Assembly (NCBI GenBank): GCA_963662265.2
Contig: CAXXHA010000001.1
Location: forward strand, 64,001-128,000
Length of the DNA: 64,000 nucleotides
DNA from: Spirochaetia bacterium
Lineage (GTDB): Bacteria > Spirochaetota > Spirochaetia > CADAEX01
Reading direction: 5' to 3'
Made by a program: the position numbers and the translations under genes. Of the stretch, positions 30,601 to 40,059 are shown in pieces. Numbering within the stretch: the first letter of the stretch is position 1; each line of letters starts with the position of its first letter. The notes beneath the pieces were generated by a model. That model was not told the origin of the DNA, made no database searches, and saw nothing but the letters and a program-made list of their open reading frames with translations.

Positions 30601-31148
30601 TTGAGAAGCCTTGCAAAAGCAATTCTTGGAACCTCTTTCTTGTCTGCCGGAACAGGAAGCCCGTCAGCAACAATATGGAATGTCCCTATAGTAGTTCTTC
30701 TGTCATGACGGGGATTATGAAGAACCCCCTGTTTTATTCTGTATGATTCAATGTACGGATTTATAAATTCATTACGGTCAGGAGGAAGACTCATCTGCCT
30801 TGCAAGACCATATCTGTCAAGAACAAACGTACCGGAAGGAATATTTACAATTTCCTCCCCTATTCCGTCAAAATACCTTTTTAGAAAACTGTTGATTCTC
30901 TTGTCTGCAGCGCAGAGATAATCTGATAAAAGACGGTTTCTTTCGCTGTAGTTCTGAATCAGGTTTCCTGCTATGTCGATAAAGTTTTTGGTTGAAATTT
31001 CACCAGTTCCGTTGTCACCGACTCCATGGTCTGGTTTCAGGCTGTAAAAATAGGGTTTACCCATAGATGCCAGCTTGAAGTTAATATACTGGAGCTGGTT
31101 GTTGTCGGAGAGAAACTCCACCAGATCCCTACCAGGAATTTTATCCAT
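27672..31148 (-). CDS. PPi-dependent phosphoenolpyruvate carboxykinase (EC 4.1.1.38)
   Basis: ~1160 aa with GVLHNPRHDRRTT, NYFGYSKKEVKTQIS, EEEHAGGA, TVSGGGKSEISKS and GKSPSTTGAGSEGALTKGPFN motifs, typical of the Entamoeba/Propionibacterium PPi-PEPCK family. Confidence 0.88.
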   Translation of the reverse strand: MDKIPGRDLVEFLSDNNQLQYINFKLASMGKPYFYSLKPDHGVGDNGTGEISTKNFIDIAGNLIQNYSERNRLLSDYLCAADKRINSFLKRYFDGIGEEIVNIPSGTFVLDRYGLARQMSLPPDRNEFINPYIESYRIKQGVLHNPRHDRRTTIGTFHIVADGLPVPADKKEVPRIAFARLLKAACNPPDELMTLPFTSSQEEKAQLFTSVYMKPLVSPEVPGVMSEKRMEIRYFAPSSLISNIDFVESIFGNAGDPGLVENDSALDVDRWSGHTGCIILAPHITGSLTKKELGLPHYDDATARERKDGMCWKDDAELYNDGVPFKITCRNSDGVVVTIIGDNYFGYSKKEVKTQISFAANLLGLAEEEHAGGALVFPRRSLGEQYYAEAKGYSFEEVKKMYGDIMDIHPDNYGVDKKYPNVIYIPEKSDVSLYKQKIIWEYNGEEKSIKLLPEKRYILPDGSKVHMQKHPAAPVWRLIGTHPLGTFCHKPFTVSGGGKSEISKSLLNSVIYDTFYINNLKEDFDLVEKIINFDYKNRWEKDKDRTRPSRPFLSPRRSVGSVIKLLTPSVLYTKEYNAFLNSYPNRIKALALYIKRFYRPEWGNEWRKYFSVRIINGKEGNALHFNGRKITASYLRVGFAPDDMWYIHKLRTDFIASEKLQQEDDISVSVTLGADKLKGLSGKYENSVKMIKNCEFRLFQRPDEAIHRGYDIEAEQDLAGNNNFISNYEPLTRDNAKELIESAISFEEYTEPIKDIIKEGASAEEGTWFIAPSHPRVLPSGRSTNPRYLQTRPDLTDPELYYRGEIGQRLYKKIPLDQPCYVPVDAVLPSRRNNPPDKKKGIKGLSVYNPVHYQELPELFMDFICSLSGKSPSTTGAGSEGALTKGPFNMLSPVTDLNNALLSFILTGYSGYTSVAGWVGSQTRFDHDISILIPEIWSRLKPEEREPAKLIKEGSLEKVEDMEWNGKKVLTSRLGYRITENFLFNYLGRIFDEPLAVFNKDMLRPERQDIDGFIEGMNEILDAQKRVSKIYFEDGSVEGAIPPLKALLHIMANDSYEGKDIHDPEIRKLFDRDYVLGSDWYKERLRKKQNRDIAHYKKIISYLEKFMSNKINSELAVKLCIDERLKKCKAQLKEVKSDKYLKFLEGTIGLDPVYGMEE

Positions 31149-31273
31149 AAAAAACCTCACATAATTTATATTTCACACCTTTCATAAAAATTAATAGCAA
31201 AAATCAAAGAAAGATTAAACACTTTTGTCTGACAATCACCATGTTTTATTTTTTTTTGTTATATAATAATTAT

Positions 31274-31582
31274 ATGACACCTGACCGTAAATTATATAAA
31301 CTAATTCATAATTCTGACAGGATAACAACAGAGCGAATTCTCAACTCAACAGATGATAAAGAGATAGCAGTTTCTGTTATTTATTTTTCAGATTTTGAAA
31401 GGGGAATTCTCTTATCCTACCTTGCTCCCGGCAAGAAAGAGAGGGTAATTGATGAGATCAGGAGGTCTCCCGAAATAAAATACAGCACATACAAGCTGAT
31501 TATAGAAAAGCTTATCAGGGCACTGGAATCGGGAAAACAGAATAAACCGGAACAAGGATATTTCAGACCCTCAGGCAGATAA
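31274..31582 (+). CDS. Small protein resembling the FliG C-terminal ARM/helix region
   Basis: ILNSTDDKEIAVSV...ILLSYLAPGKKERVIDEI pattern; ATG lies just after a TATAAT. Confidence 0.55.
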   Translation: MTPDRKLYKLIHNSDRITTERILNSTDDKEIAVSVIYFSDFERGILLSYLAPGKKERVIDEIRRSPEIKYSTYKLIIEKLIRALESGKQNKPEQGYFRPSGR

Positions 31583-31661
31583 AAAAATACAGTCATATAA
31601 AATTATTTGCAGAACCGTCAGTAACAACACCGGAACTTAACCTTTTTTCAAAATATAACAA

Positions 31662-31949
31662 TCAGGTCACCGGATTGTATTTTACCCCCTCTCGCGGCAA
31701 AGCCATCATATCTTCAACTGTTTCCCGCCACTTAAGATAATGGGAAGTCTTTTTATGAGCTGCAACTGCTTCATCAGATTTATAAACTTCATAAAGAATA
31801 AATTCACTGCTGTTTTCAATTTCCTGAGAAAGATCAAACTGGATATTCCCCTCTTCTTTCCTCGTCCCTTCCCTGTTCAGGAGAGATGCTTTGATAAACG
31901 CATCTTCAAAACCGTTCTTTACATGTATTTTTACAAGATATACAACCAT
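31662..31949 (-). CDS. ABM-domain protein (LsrG-like)
   Basis: TRKEEGNIQFD...FILYEVY...AHKKTSHYLKWRETVEDMMA. Confidence 0.85.
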   Translation of the reverse strand: MVVYLVKIHVKNGFEDAFIKASLLNREGTRKEEGNIQFDLSQEIENSSEFILYEVYKSDEAVAAHKKTSHYLKWRETVEDMMALPREGVKYNPVT

Positions 31950-32405
31950 TCACTTCTCCTTATTATAATTATAGTCCAATTCCGACAGCTTTCAACTTCG
32001 CATATTCAGTTAATGAAAATTTCAAGCTGAAATAAATTTTTGTTGCAAAATAACATATATGTATATACAATAAAGCCAACACACATACATTTCATGTGTT
32101 TTTAAATCCTTCTGTACCGGGAAATTATTCGTTTTGATATAAAACTTCCGACTAACTTCCCGGTATTTTATTTATCCGAAATGCTGCAAGATAACACCTG
32201 TTTCTTAGTGGATATTTATTCGTGTACAAAGTTGAATAAACGATAAAAACCAATATATGCCGCATTCCGGGGAATTTTATCATTGATTCCTTCAGCTTGC
32301 TTTAGATTATTTTTGAGTCATCAAACAGAAAATTGGAATCTTAATATAACAAATTTTAAAAGAACCGTAAATTTATTTTGCGGTTCAATTGATGAGCACA
32401 AGATT

Positions 32406-34583
32406 ATGGAAAAGATTAGAACAGAAGAAACAACTCAAATCACAAATAAAGCAAAAACAAAGCTTGAACAGCTGCTGGCAGAAAACAGCAGACTCAAAGA
32501 AATACTGATTTCATCCAACAATGAATCAGAAGTAAACAGCTCTTTAAAAGAGTGGTCAACATACGAACTTCAAAAAAATAAACAGGCTTATATGTTTTAC
32601 AAGAATGAAGTAAGCGGCCGTAAAATCTATGAAAAACTGACACAAAAAGAAACTGCAGCAATAAGGATTCTTGATTATATAGATCACAGCAATATCATAT
32701 ATGATGATCTCAATGTAAAAAACAAACGGATAATAAATAACCCGTTTAAGATATTATGGCTGGCAGCTAAATACGGGACAGGCGGAGGCAAATATTTTTT
32801 CTTTGCCGATATGCTTGAACTGTTCCGGCAGTTTTCAGGAACAGAATATCCCCTCCCGTCAAAACAGCAGGTTGAGAATTGGATGGAAAAACATCCATCC
32901 GGCCTGGATGAGAACATAATCATAAAAAGGGGAAAAAACAAGGAACGTATAATAAATATAATTATTGAGCTTATTGATTCGGGAAAAATAAAAAGCAGGA
33001 AATATGTATTTGATCATGATATGACTCATGAAAAGAAAAAAGAGAAAGTAAATGAATGGTGGAATACAAAACGATTTCATATCAAATTTTCCGCACGGGA
33101 TCCTGAAATGCTGAACCGGATGCTGAATTACTCACTCGATTCTGAAACCATGACAGTCTTAAGAGATGCAGAAAAAAAAGGGATACCATTCTTTGTTAAT
33201 CCATATTATCTTTCCCTTCTTGATACTGATAAAAGAAAAAAAAGCTATGCAGATTCTGCAATCAGGGCTTACATGTTATACAGCAGAAATTTTGTCAATG
33301 AATTCGGAAATATTATTGCATGGGAAAAAGAGGATATTGTAGAACCAGGGAAACCCAACGCTGCAGGATGGATACTTCCAACAGCGCATAACATACATAG
33401 AAGATACCCTGAAGTTGCAATACTGATCCCCGAATCCATGGGAAGAGCATGCGGCGGATTATGTTCATCATGCCAGAGAATGTATGATTTTCAAAATGGA
33501 AATCTGAACTTCGATTTCAAATCACTGATTCCGAATGAAAAATGGCCGGAAAAACAAAAAAAGCTTTTAAACTATTTTGAAACAGATAAAGAGCTCAAAG
33601 ATATACTTATTACCGGTGGCGATGCTTTTATGAGCTCTGATAAAACACTTGATGAGCTACTGAATGCTGTCTGTGAAATGGCACAAAGGAAAAGAGAAAA
33701 TAATAAACTGAAAAGTGAAAAATCGGCAGAAATAATACGTGTAAGACTAGGCTCAAGACTACCTGTGTATCTTCCCCAGAGAATAACACCCAAGCTGATT
33801 AAAGTACTTTCAGATTTCAGAAAAAAGGGTTCTGAAGCAGGTATCAAACAGTTCATCATACAAACCCATTTTGAGTCTGCAATGGAAATCACACCTGAAG
33901 TAAAAAAAGCTGTAAGAAAAATAATTAAAGCCGGATGGATTGTCACAAACCAGCTGGTTTTCACTGCAGCAGCATCAAGGAGAGGACACACAAACAAGCT
34001 CAGGAAAGTCCTAAACAATATTGGAGTTATTACATACTATACATTTTCTGTTAAAGGCTACATGGAAAACTATCACAGTTTTGCGACAAATGCCCGGGCT
34101 GTTCAGGAACAGATTGAAGAAAAAAAAATAGGCAGAATCCCGGACAAGTATATTGATTTCCTGAAATCCAACCAGCTTGACGCAGGTAATATTGTTGAGA
34201 ATATAAATCTTATAAGAGATATGGAAAATCTTCCTTTCCTTGCTACAGACAGGAATGTATTAAATCTCCCGGGGGTAGGAAAAAGCCTGACATTCCGGAC
34301 AGTGGGGATCACAAGAAGAGGCAGGAGAATTCTGAAATTCGACCATGATACAACACGAAACCACAGTCCTGTTATTGAACAGATGGATAACATCATAATT
34401 ATTGAATCAAAACCTGTCGGAGAATACCTGAGGCAGTTATCTCACATGGGTGAAGACCCTGATGAATATAAAACAATATGGGGATATTCCATAGGAGAAA
34501 CAGAACCCAGATTTCCGGCTTTTGAATACCCTGAGAAGCCTGATAATTCTTATGAAGAAAACAGGCAACCTGTTTTAGTATAG
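32406..34583 (+). CDS. Large KamA-family (lysine 2,3-aminomutase-like) radical SAM protein
   Basis: HRRYP, CGGLCSSCQR, DILITGGD, RLGSRLPVYLPQRI, QTHFES, NQLV and PGVGK motifs. Start chosen at MEKIR. Confidence 0.85.
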   Translation: MEKIRTEETTQITNKAKTKLEQLLAENSRLKEILISSNNESEVNSSLKEWSTYELQKNKQAYMFYKNEVSGRKIYEKLTQKETAAIRILDYIDHSNIIYDDLNVKNKRIINNPFKILWLAAKYGTGGGKYFFFADMLELFRQFSGTEYPLPSKQQVENWMEKHPSGLDENIIIKRGKNKERIINIIIELIDSGKIKSRKYVFDHDMTHEKKKEKVNEWWNTKRFHIKFSARDPEMLNRMLNYSLDSETMTVLRDAEKKGIPFFVNPYYLSLLDTDKRKKSYADSAIRAYMLYSRNFVNEFGNIIAWEKEDIVEPGKPNAAGWILPTAHNIHRRYPEVAILIPESMGRACGGLCSSCQRMYDFQNGNLNFDFKSLIPNEKWPEKQKKLLNYFETDKELKDILITGGDAFMSSDKTLDELLNAVCEMAQRKRENNKLKSEKSAEIIRVRLGSRLPVYLPQRITPKLIKVLSDFRKKGSEAGIKQFIIQTHFESAMEITPEVKKAVRKIIKAGWIVTNQLVFTAAASRRGHTNKLRKVLNNIGVITYYTFSVKGYMENYHSFATNARAVQEQIEEKKIGRIPDKYIDFLKSNQLDAGNIVENINLIRDMENLPFLATDRNVLNLPGVGKSLTFRTVGITRRGRRILKFDHDTTRNHSPVIEQMDNIIIIESKPVGEYLRQLSHMGEDPDEYKTIWGYSIGETEPRFPAFEYPEKPDNSYEENRQPVLV

Positions 34584-34651
34584 ATTTCAGTTTAATATGC
34601 TATTGGAATTATTTATGAGACACAGAAAAGCTGGCTGAAATATACTGATAA

Positions 34652-34680
34652 TTGACAGGAATTCAGTAAAATGCTAATCT
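34652..34680 (+). promoter_or_regulatory. tRNA promoter
   Basis: TTGACA-17-TAATCT. Confidence 0.75.
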
Positions 34681-34694
34681 TTTCCTTGCAAATA

Positions 34695-34768
34695 CGGGCT
34701 GTAGCGCAGGGGTTTAGCGTACATGTCTGGGGGACATGGGGTCGGCGGTTCAAATCCGCCCAGCCCGA
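34695..34768 (+). tRNA. tRNA-Pro (GGG)
   Basis: Acceptor stem CGGGCTG/CAGCCCG, anticodon arm CATGT-CTGGGGG-ACATG, T-loop GGTTCAAATCC; CCA not encoded. Confidence 0.96.
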
Positions 34769-34800
34769 ATAATTTATTCCTTGCTGGACAGGGACTTACG

Positions 34801-34833
34801 AGGCTATTTAGAATCATCTAAGTAGCCTTTTTT
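34801..34833 (+). terminator. tRNA terminator
   Basis: AGGCTATTTAGA...TCTAAGTAGCCT followed by a T run. Confidence 0.75.
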
Positions 34834-34890
34834 GTTTTTGTAGCCAAAATTGTAGCCAATTTTCAAGTCTATTTCTTAATTATTTCCAAT

Positions 34891-36027
34891 CGCGTACCGT
34901 TGCAAAATTATGTCCGCAACTCTTTCTATGCAGAACTTCTGTAATAATGGTGGTGCAGTCCGAATAAAACATCGGCACAAACGACCTTGCCAGAACTTCT
35001 ACTTACAGACTTCTCTGGAATATCATCTATTCCCTGATGATGCCTGTATTTATTATAGTAGTTAACGTATTCATCAACAATCTTTTTTATCTGCTTCTTT
35101 GAAAACAAGATAAAATGATCAAGAGCTTCTTTTCTGATTGATCTTATAAATCTTTCGGCATGTGCATTCATATTTGGTGCTCTGATTCCAGTACGGACTC
35201 CAGTTATTCCATAATCAGAATAATCTATCGTTGTATATTGAGATCCATTATCATGAATTAAATAAGCATGTTCATTATCAAGGGATTCTTCAAAGTCTAT
35301 TATCTGCTGCCTGACAAACTCCCTTGTAGGATGTTCTGTTATTCTCCACTGTACTAATCTGCGGGATTTTAGCTGTATTATGAAGAAAACATACAATCTC
35401 TTACCAAAAAGACTGTCTATTGTGAAGAAATCTGTTGCAAACAAAGATTCCCAGTGTGATTTAAGGAATATCTCCCAGCTGCCTGATGGTTTTATATAGC
35501 CATTTTTTCTGAAAGTCTGAATTACTCTGTAAACTGTAGTGTAATGAATATCTATTCCCAGCTTATTCAGTTCACCAGAAATCCTTCTTGCTCCCCAGAG
35601 AAAATTGTCTTTTTTCATCTGCAAAATTAGTTGTTTGACTTGCTTTGTTAAAGCTGGTCTGCCCGGCTTTTTTCTTTTATAAGTCCATTGTTTCTTGATG
35701 AAAGCTCTCTGCCATTTTAGAAGTGTTTCAGGTTTTACAATGCAAAGATGCTTCTCTACCCTGCCTGATATGCTGCAAAGAACTGACAGAATAAAACGTT
35801 CTGATTTCTTAGTTTTTATTACCTTCTCAGACACTTTAAGATGCCGCTTCAGGATATCATTTTCTTTCTTCAACGAGAGAATTATAAGAATCAAAGATCT
35901 TCTTTTCTTGAATGTGAATAACAGTAGAAACTTTACCAAACTGCAGAACAATTTAAACATATATTACTATCGACAATATGAAATATAACCGAAAATATCT
36001 ACGGACGTAATTTTGCAACGGTACGCG
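34891..36027 (-). mobile_element. Insertion sequence with 26-bp terminal inverted repeats
   Basis: CGCGTACCGTTGCAAAATTATGTCCG at the left and its reverse complement (1 mismatch) at 36002-36027 flank an rve transposase. Confidence 0.9.
34926..35960 (-). CDS. Integrase-core (rve, DDE) transposase with HTH
   Basis: VKPETLLKW, WGARRISGEL, TDFFT, HDNGSQY, NAHAERF and YYNKYRHHQGI motifs. Confidence 0.92.
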   Translation of the reverse strand: MFKLFCSLVKFLLLFTFKKRRSLILIILSLKKENDILKRHLKVSEKVIKTKKSERFILSVLCSISGRVEKHLCIVKPETLLKWQRAFIKKQWTYKRKKPGRPALTKQVKQLILQMKKDNFLWGARRISGELNKLGIDIHYTTVYRVIQTFRKNGYIKPSGSWEIFLKSHWESLFATDFFTIDSLFGKRLYVFFIIQLKSRRLVQWRITEHPTREFVRQQIIDFEESLDNEHAYLIHDNGSQYTTIDYSDYGITGVRTGIRAPNMNAHAERFIRSIRKEALDHFILFSKKQIKKIVDEYVNYYNKYRHHQGIDDIPEKSVSRSSGKVVCADVLFGLHHHYYRSSA

Positions 36028-36220
36028 GTACGTGACTGAATATTACAAAAAATATTTTTAATTTATACTGCAGTTTAATCAAGTTTCTCCTGCCCAAAAA
36101 TAAAAGCTCCAATCTTTTTTATATCAAAGATTCAGAGCTTTATATAGATTTATTAAGAGACTCATTTTTCTATAACAATATTTATAATTACGCTAATAAT
36201 TCATCATTTTTTAAACATTT

Positions 36221-37918
36221 CTATTCAGAAAGTAAATATGGCTTACAAAAGTTTCTGACAGTTTCAGCATCAGAAGCACTAATGCAATTCTCAACAAGCA
36301 GGGACAACTCACTCTTTTTATATCTACGCAAACGGTCTTTTATACCAGGGATCATGCCAGCGGCCATGCTGAATTCATCAAGGCCCATACCCAACAGAAG
36401 AGCTGATGCAAGAGGATCTCCAGCCATTGAGCCACACATTCCTACTTTCTTACCATGTTTATGGGCATTTTTTATAACCATTTGAATTAATCGCAATACT
36501 GACGGATCAAAATAATCTGCAATATCTGCAATCATCTCATTAGTCCTGTCAACAGCCAATGCATACTGGGTAAGATCGTTTGTTCCTATACTGAAAAAAT
36601 CAACCATTTTTGCAAAGACATCTGTCATTAGTGCAGCTGAAGGTAATTCAACCATAATTCCAATTTCGACATCAGAATATTCTTTTTGCTCTTTTTCCAG
36701 TATTTGGCAGGCTTCATAAAGAGCTTTTTTTATCTGAATCACTTCAGATGTGCGTGCAACCATGGGAAGGAGAATCTTTACATTATGCTTTGCTCGTGTC
36801 CTTAAAATTGCTTTTAGCTGGGGAATAAGCAGAGATTCAGGCTCAGCCAGCGCAAGGCGGATAGCTCTTTGCCCAAGAAAAGGATTTTGTTCTTCAGGAA
36901 GGTTGAAAGAAGGGAGTTCTTTATCACCTCCGATATCCATAGTTCTGATAATAACTGTGGATTCACGGAAAACAGAAGCAATCTCACAATACCACTTATA
37001 CTGTTCTTCTTCATCTGGCAGGACATTTCGATTAAGAAACATAAATTCAGTTCTTAACAGTCCAACACCTTCAGCTCCAAATTGTTTTCCAAGCCTGGCA
37101 TCTGAAACTGAACCGATATTTGCAAAAACCTCAATATATTCACCATCACGGGTAATTACTTTTTCACATGCCCGGGCATTTATTTCCATTTTTTTCTTTT
37201 TATAGTTTTCTTCTATTATTTTATATTCACTTTGAAGATCTTCTTCCGGTTCGAGAATAAGAGCCCCCTCAATAGCATCCAGTATTACATCAGTACCTGA
37301 ATCAATTTCAACTTTTTTCAAACCGACAAGAGAAGGTATACCGATGCTCCTTGAAATAATTGCTGTATGAGATGTAGAACTTCCAGTTTCGGTACAAATT
37401 CCAAGAAGCATATTCCTGTCGATATAAGCAGTATCACTTGGAGTTAGATCATGAGCAATTACAATAGACGGTTCTGTCATGTCGTAAAAGGGTTTATTAC
37501 TAATACCAAGGAGATTCTTTATTATTCGTGAGCCAAGATCCTTTATATCTGATGCTCTTTGTGCAAAATATTCATCTTCAATTTCAGAAAACTCTTCTGC
37601 CAGCTCATCAGTTACACTGGAAACAGTATATTCAGCATTACAACCATCGGAAGTTATTTTATCTTCAATCATTCCTCCAAAAGAAGGATCGGTTAAAAAT
37701 TCAATCTGTATCTCAAAGATTTCCGCTCCTTCCTTGAAATTATTGGAAAGATTAATTAAATCTAATTCAACCTGTTTTCTGACAGCTTTAAACCTATCAA
37801 GTTCAGCAACTGTATCAACAACAATTTGCTTTTTCACAGTAAGTTCCGGTTGTTTATAATAGTAAGCTTTACCACGGACAATTCCGCCGCTGGCAATAAC
37901 TCCGGAGATTTTTTTCAT
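36221..37918 (-). CDS. ptsI: PTS enzyme I
   Basis: TSHTAI phospho-His, GLLRTEF, RTMDIGGDK, SIGTNDLTQY and MCG motifs. Confidence 0.96.
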   Translation of the reverse strand: MKKISGVIASGGIVRGKAYYYKQPELTVKKQIVVDTVAELDRFKAVRKQVELDLINLSNNFKEGAEIFEIQIEFLTDPSFGGMIEDKITSDGCNAEYTVSSVTDELAEEFSEIEDEYFAQRASDIKDLGSRIIKNLLGISNKPFYDMTEPSIVIAHDLTPSDTAYIDRNMLLGICTETGSSTSHTAIISRSIGIPSLVGLKKVEIDSGTDVILDAIEGALILEPEEDLQSEYKIIEENYKKKKMEINARACEKVITRDGEYIEVFANIGSVSDARLGKQFGAEGVGLLRTEFMFLNRNVLPDEEEQYKWYCEIASVFRESTVIIRTMDIGGDKELPSFNLPEEQNPFLGQRAIRLALAEPESLLIPQLKAILRTRAKHNVKILLPMVARTSEVIQIKKALYEACQILEKEQKEYSDVEIGIMVELPSAALMTDVFAKMVDFFSIGTNDLTQYALAVDRTNEMIADIADYFDPSVLRLIQMVIKNAHKHGKKVGMCGSMAGDPLASALLLGMGLDEFSMAAGMIPGIKDRLRRYKKSELSLLVENCISASDAETVRNFCKPYLLSE

Positions 37919-37989
37919 ATAATACCTCAATTCATAAAAAGCCGGTCAGTAAATGCTATCACCAACCGGGATTTAAGTAAAAATACAAG

Positions 37990-39282
37990 TTAATTAAATA
38001 TCTTATCCTGAATCTTTCTCATATGAACAATCGCTGAATCATTATCAACAGAAACTGAATCATAAGTTACAATATCTCCTGACTTAATATCCTTTAGTAC
38101 CTTTGTACGGGGAGTAATAAGTCCCAAAGGCAACGCATTTTTCGATTTAGCTTCTTTATATTCACATATTGATCCAAAAACAGTAAATCCACCGATACCA
38201 TCAAGGTATTCTCCAGCTTTAAGATCTCTTTTTGCAATAGTGATAGTCTCGGAAACAAGACCTCCCTTAGGAATAATTGTGGGTTTTCCTTCAAGATAGG
38301 CTCTTGCAACAGATATAGGGGTTTCCAGATTACATAAATGGAACGGCCTGTACAGAATATAATTTGGACCTTCTCCCATACTGTGATAATTCATCTGATA
38401 ATGCAGCTCTTTGCTTTCGCTGGAAACCATGACAAAAACGCCAGGGGCAATACCATTGATATACTCAACAGTCCCATAGCGGTTCATAATTCCCCCCTCT
38501 TCTTTGAGGCTCAGCAACTTAGGCATTTCTTCAATGGTAGCAGAAGGCCCATGCCCGCCAATAACATCAGGAACAAGTCCTGTTGCATTTGACATTGCAG
38601 TCATTTCAACCATTGTCTTTGTCCCGTCTTTAAAAGCACAGAGCATTTTAGGACTCACGCCCCGTCGGACAGCTTCATCTTGAACTGTTTCTGGAGTACA
38701 TCCGGCAACAACAACATTATTTTTACCTTTGCCCATGCAGCGTATTTCCAAACCTATGGCTTCTGCAAAATCGTATAACTCCATTACAGCGCCGGGTTCA
38801 TCCCCTGCAGAACCTGTATATACAACACCATTAGATTGCGCCATTTTATTTAACATTGGACCAATAACTACATCAGTTTCAACATTAAGCATGACAACAT
38901 GTTTCCTGTTCTGAATAGCGTCATAGGCCATTACAGCCCCAACTTCAGGAACACCTGTTGCATCAATACATGCATCAATAATATCAGACCTGGAAACTAT
39001 TTCCTGGTTATCAGTAACTACACGCTTACCAGCTTCAAGCCAGCGGTTTGCTTCAGTTACATTTCCAACTTTTTTTATATCATTTTCAGCAACACCAGCG
39101 TTTTTAAAAGCCTCTACAGCAAGATCGACATTGATATCAGCTACAACAACAGTCTCCATCCCATTCATTGTCTCTATCTGATTAGCCATACCCCGGCCCA
39201 TCTGACCGGCGCCGATCAAACCGACTTTTATTGATTTTCCCTCTTCAGCCAGGGATCTGAGCTTATTATTTATTTGAATCAT
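37990..39282 (-). CDS. NAD(P)-dependent homoserine-dehydrogenase-like oxidoreductase with C-terminal SAF domain
   Basis: GAGQMG Rossmann, NVETD, GDEPG, GKGKNN, DGTKTMVEM, RPFHL and AKRDLKAGEYLDGIGG motifs. Confidence 0.85.
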   Translation of the reverse strand: MIQINNKLRSLAEEGKSIKVGLIGAGQMGRGMANQIETMNGMETVVVADINVDLAVEAFKNAGVAENDIKKVGNVTEANRWLEAGKRVVTDNQEIVSRSDIIDACIDATGVPEVGAVMAYDAIQNRKHVVMLNVETDVVIGPMLNKMAQSNGVVYTGSAGDEPGAVMELYDFAEAIGLEIRCMGKGKNNVVVAGCTPETVQDEAVRRGVSPKMLCAFKDGTKTMVEMTAMSNATGLVPDVIGGHGPSATIEEMPKLLSLKEEGGIMNRYGTVEYINGIAPGVFVMVSSESKELHYQMNYHSMGEGPNYILYRPFHLCNLETPISVARAYLEGKPTIIPKGGLVSETITIAKRDLKAGEYLDGIGGFTVFGSICEYKEAKSKNALPLGLITPRTKVLKDIKSGDIVTYDSVSVDNDSAIVHMRKIQDKIFN

Positions 39283-39341
39283 TATTTGTCCTTGAGTTCA
39301 TAATTTTATAGTATAATCTTATTTAAATTTTACAGAATCAG

Positions 39342-39617
39342 CTAATCTTCATTCTCAATATTATCAATATATACTTTCAAAGCTTCATAAGCCTTATCTT
39401 CATCATCTCCATCTATCCAGAGCTGGATTTCATGGTTCTGTGCAACTGCCAGTTTAATAAGCTTCACCAGACTTTTTGCATCTATTACATCACTATCTCT
39501 AGTAATATTCTTTATTTTTATATTTGAAGTAAATCCCTTTGCCAGTTTCGTAAATTTTGCTGCCGGCCGGGCATGAAGCCCAATCGGGTGATTAATAACA
39601 AATTTAGCTTCTCTCAT
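39342..39617 (-). CDS. ptsH: HPr phosphocarrier
   Basis: GLHARPA and DAKS motifs. Confidence 0.94.
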   Translation of the reverse strand: MREAKFVINHPIGLHARPAAKFTKLAKGFTSNIKIKNITRDSDVIDAKSLVKLIKLAVAQNHEIQLWIDGDDEDKAYEALKVYIDNIENED

Positions 39618-39636
39618 TTTTCTTCTCCTGGTTGTG

Positions 39637-40005
39637 TTATGATGTTATTTTCAACTCCAGACCGGGTTTTATCACGGGAATTCCCACCTCCGGTACAGTA
39701 ATATCCCCATCCATCTCAGCTTCATTTAAACCATTGAATTTTATTACAATATGTCCCAGATTCTTGATATTTTCATTTGCAACAGAACCGACTGCCAGAA
39801 CAGGGAATTTCTCCCCTCCTAAACTGATAGTATCTCCAACAGCAATATCTGATATCTGAGGTTCGGATCTGTTATGTATAACTGCAACTTCCTTAAGTTC
39901 ATCTGGCGCTGATTCTGCAAAGAATACGAGAACACCTTCATTAATAAATTCACCGGCAAAATCACCTATAGATGTTACCGTTGCTCTGTATTTTTCAACA
40001 CTCAT
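39637..40005 (-). CDS. srlB: Glucitol-family PTS EIIA
   Basis: APDEL...AVGSVANENIKNLGHIVIKF. Confidence 0.9.
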   Translation of the reverse strand: MSVEKYRATVTSIGDFAGEFINEGVLVFFAESAPDELKEVAVIHNRSEPQISDIAVGDTISLGGEKFPVLAVGSVANENIKNLGHIVIKFNGLNEAEMDGDITVPEVGIPVIKPGLELKITS

Positions 40006-40059
40006 ATTTCATCCTTTCAGTTAAAAGGACTGGAATATGAATTCCAGTCCCTAATAATT

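Noticed and set aside
34808-34821. TTAGAATCATCTAA matches the iron box
   Set aside because: It is the core of the tRNA terminator hairpin and not at a promoter, so the symmetry is explained by the terminator.
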